A DNA stretch of 61,706 bases, the filler included. It is 5 parts of 5 records of this genome, joined end to end, with 100 filler letters (N's around TTAATTAATTAA, not from the genome) between each part and the next. Parts side by side here need not be neighbours in the genome. Positions count along the whole stretch, not along the records: positions 56,270 to 61,706 come from DRR723986_8389; 4 more parts are not named here. The stretch is one strand, 5' to 3'. Under the pieces are notes generated by a model. That model ran no database searches. It worked only from the letters and a program-made list of their open reading frames with translations, and was not told where the DNA came from. Below, one piece after another: positions 59,701 through 61,706 of the stretch. The translations under genes and the position numbers were made by a program. Every line of letters starts with the position of its first letter. Within the stretch, counting starts at the first letter, position 1.

Positions 59701-60621
59701 TTATACCGGCGGGCCGGGGCGCCGGGGCAGGCTGGCGGCGCGCTCGCGGGCGAAAACATAAAGGCCCGAGGCCACGATAATGGCAATGCCCAGCCATGTC
59801 AGCCCATCGGGGAAATCTTGGAATAGCACATACCCCACAGTGACCGACCCCGCGATTTCAAGATATTGCAGCGGGGCGATGGTGGCGGCAGGCGCCAGTT
59901 TCAGCGCCGTCGACAACATCAAATGCGACAGCGTGGCCATCACCCCAACGGCCAGCAGGGTTTTCCAGGCGAAATCGCTGGGCCAAACCGGGTCAAGCCA
60001 GGGGTTGGCACTGCCATCAAAGGCCCAAATCAGCGGCACAATCAACGCGCAGGCGGCCAGCGCGGTATAGGCCTGCAGGGTGATCGGGTGCTGGCGGTCA
60101 GACATGGCGCGCGTCAGCAGCATATAAACGGCAAAAGTAACCGCCGTGCCCAAGGGAAACAGCGCCACTGCCCCCAGGCTGCTGAAACTGGGCTGTATGA
60201 CGAAAAGCGCGCCCACAAAGCCGATGACGCAGGCAATAATGCGGCGCGGGCCCACCTGTTCGCCCAAAAACAGCCCGCCTGCCAAGGTCAGGATGAAAGG
60301 CTCGACAAAGAAAATCGCCATGGCATTTGCAATGGGCATGTATCGAATGGCCGAAAAGAAGAAAAACGTGGCCAAAAGCAGCATCAAGCCGCGCAACACA
60401 TGGCCCAGCGTTTCGCGCAGCCCGGGCCGATGGGCAATGCCCATAGCCCATGCCAATGGCACCAAAACCACAACCTGAACCCCAAATCGCGCCGCCAGAA
60501 TTTGGGAAACGGGCACTTCTGTTGGGGTCAGTTTGGCCATCGCATCCATAATGGGCGCGGTCAGGCAAAACCCAAGCATGAATAAAATGCCCAAAACCGG
60601 GCGGTCAGCTGTGGCGCGCAT
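59701..60621 (-). CDS. DMT/EamA family transporter
   Basis: 10 TMs, AIFFVEPF, LGEQVG, APLQYLEI. Confidence 0.9.
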   Translation of the reverse strand: MRATADRPVLGILFMLGFCLTAPIMDAMAKLTPTEVPVSQILAARFGVQVVVLVPLAWAMGIAHRPGLRETLGHVLRGLMLLLATFFFFSAIRYMPIANAMAIFFVEPFILTLAGGLFLGEQVGPRRIIACVIGFVGALFVIQPSFSSLGAVALFPLGTAVTFAVYMLLTRAMSDRQHPITLQAYTALAACALIVPLIWAFDGSANPWLDPVWPSDFAWKTLLAVGVMATLSHLMLSTALKLAPAATIAPLQYLEIAGSVTVGYVLFQDFPDGLTWLGIAIIVASGLYVFARERAASLPRRPGPPV

Positions 60622-60760
60622 CAACGATCCGAAGGCAGGGGCGCGACGCGCCCAATGCGCACCGCCAGAGCCGCGACGATCACCCAAACTGGCACCGCAT
60701 TCAAGCGCTTTTGGCCGCTGTCACGCGCCCCGTGCCTAAGCCCCCGCCCTGCGCCTTGCG

Positions 60761-61705
60761 CTATTCCGCCAGCGCCAGCGCCTGTGCCTGTGCACGCAGG
60801 GCAAATTTTTGCACCTTGCCGGTCGATGTGCGCTGGATAGGCCCGAAAACAAAGCGTTTTGGCACTTTGTAGCCGGCCAAATTCTGGCGGCACCATGCCA
60901 TCAGATCGGCCTCGGCATCGCCCTGCCCCGGCACCAATTCAACAAAGGCGCAGGGCGTCTCGCCCCATTTTTCATGCGGCATGGCAACCACCGCGGCCAC
61001 TGCCACGGCCGGATGTTGATAGAGCACCTCTTCCACCTCGATCGACGAGATATTTTCCCCCCCGGAAATAATCACGTCTTTCGAGCGATCCTTCAGCTGG
61101 ATATAGCCATCGGGGTGGCGCACAGCCAAATCGCCCGAATGAAACCACCCGCCAGCCAGCGCCTTTTCGGTGGCGGCGGGGTTGCGGAAATACCCTTTCA
61201 TCACCACGTTGCCGCGAAACATCACCTCGCCCATGGTGGCACCATCGCGCGGCACGGGCTGCAGCGTGTCAGGATCACGCACATCCAGCTCTTCCAGCGG
61301 CAAATACCGCACGCCTTGGCGCGCCTTCAGCCGGGCTTGCTGGGGCGCGGGCAGGCTGTTCCATGCGTCGTGCCAATCGTTCACCACTGCCGGGCCATAG
61401 GTTTCTGTCAGCCCATAAAGATGGGTCACGCCAAAACCTGCCTGCGCCATCTGCGCCAGCACGGTTTCGGGTGGCGGGGCAGCGGCGGTGAAAAACTGCA
61501 CCTGTTGCGCCAGGGCGCGTTTTTCGTGGGCCTCGGCGTTGATGAGCAGCGACATCACGATGGGCGCGCCACATAGATGGGTTACACCCTCGTCTGCCAG
61601 CGCGGCCCAAATCGGGGCGGCGCGCACCTGGCGCAGGCACACATGGGTGCCCACGATGGCCGACAGCGTCCAGGGAAAGCACCAGCCGTTGCAGTGAAAC
61701 ATCGG
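60761..61705 (-). CDS. Acyl-CoA synthetase (AMP-binding), 5'-truncated
   Basis: PMFHCNGW, YGLTE, SGDL, DRSKDVIISGGENISSIEVE, TSTGKVQK. Confidence 0.95.
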   Translation of the reverse strand, partial: PMFHCNGWCFPWTLSAIVGTHVCLRQVRAAPIWAALADEGVTHLCGAPIVMSLLINAEAHEKRALAQQVQFFTAAAPPPETVLAQMAQAGFGVTHLYGLTETYGPAVVNDWHDAWNSLPAPQQARLKARQGVRYLPLEELDVRDPDTLQPVPRDGATMGEVMFRGNVVMKGYFRNPAATEKALAGGWFHSGDLAVRHPDGYIQLKDRSKDVIISGGENISSIEVEEVLYQHPAVAVAAVVAMPHEKWGETPCAFVELVPGQGDAEADLMAWCRQNLAGYKVPKRFVFGPIQRTSTGKVQKFALRAQAQALALAE

Positions 61706-61706
61706 C

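Noticed and set aside
1-61706. CRISPR arrays, IS elements, integrases, rRNA
   Set aside because: No spaced direct-repeat array, transposase/integrase ORF or rRNA sequence seen.

Overview
The window is not one locus. It joins five unrelated contigs with artificial 100-bp spacers (N44-TTAATTAATTAA-N44). Taxonomy below is inferred from gene content and synteny. (1) 1-13593, GC-rich alphaproteobacterium (Hyphomonadaceae-like): a PepSY-feuPQ-like-ccmI-ccmE-ccmF cytochrome c maturation locus, split between ccmI and ccmE by a two-gene opposite-strand insert. The insert encodes a complete group A-type [FeFe]-hydrogenase with an unusual C-terminal SnoaL/NTF2-like domain, and a multi-TM FGE-sulfatase-fold protein; no hydEFG or hydBC lies nearby. 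The contig also has DnaJ, an orphan ParA plus partner, a possible terminase 3' remnant, SulP and a persulfide dioxygenase. (2) 13694-40528, planctomycete-like: ruvA, ruvC, cysS, sulfatase, hybrid kinases, solitary flhB, Flp pilin, CNNM pair, Hsp20, CyaB, thiE and a truncated tRNA-Arg. (3) 40629-49658, Marinobacter/Pseudomonas-like: proC-yggT-dynamin-metX-metW-DUF4426-rdgB-hemW, trmB, comM. (4) 49759-56169 and (5) 56270-61706, Rhodobacteraceae-like housekeeping and transport genes. The best candidate for a new system is the hydrogenase-SnoaL fusion cassette inside the ccm locus.
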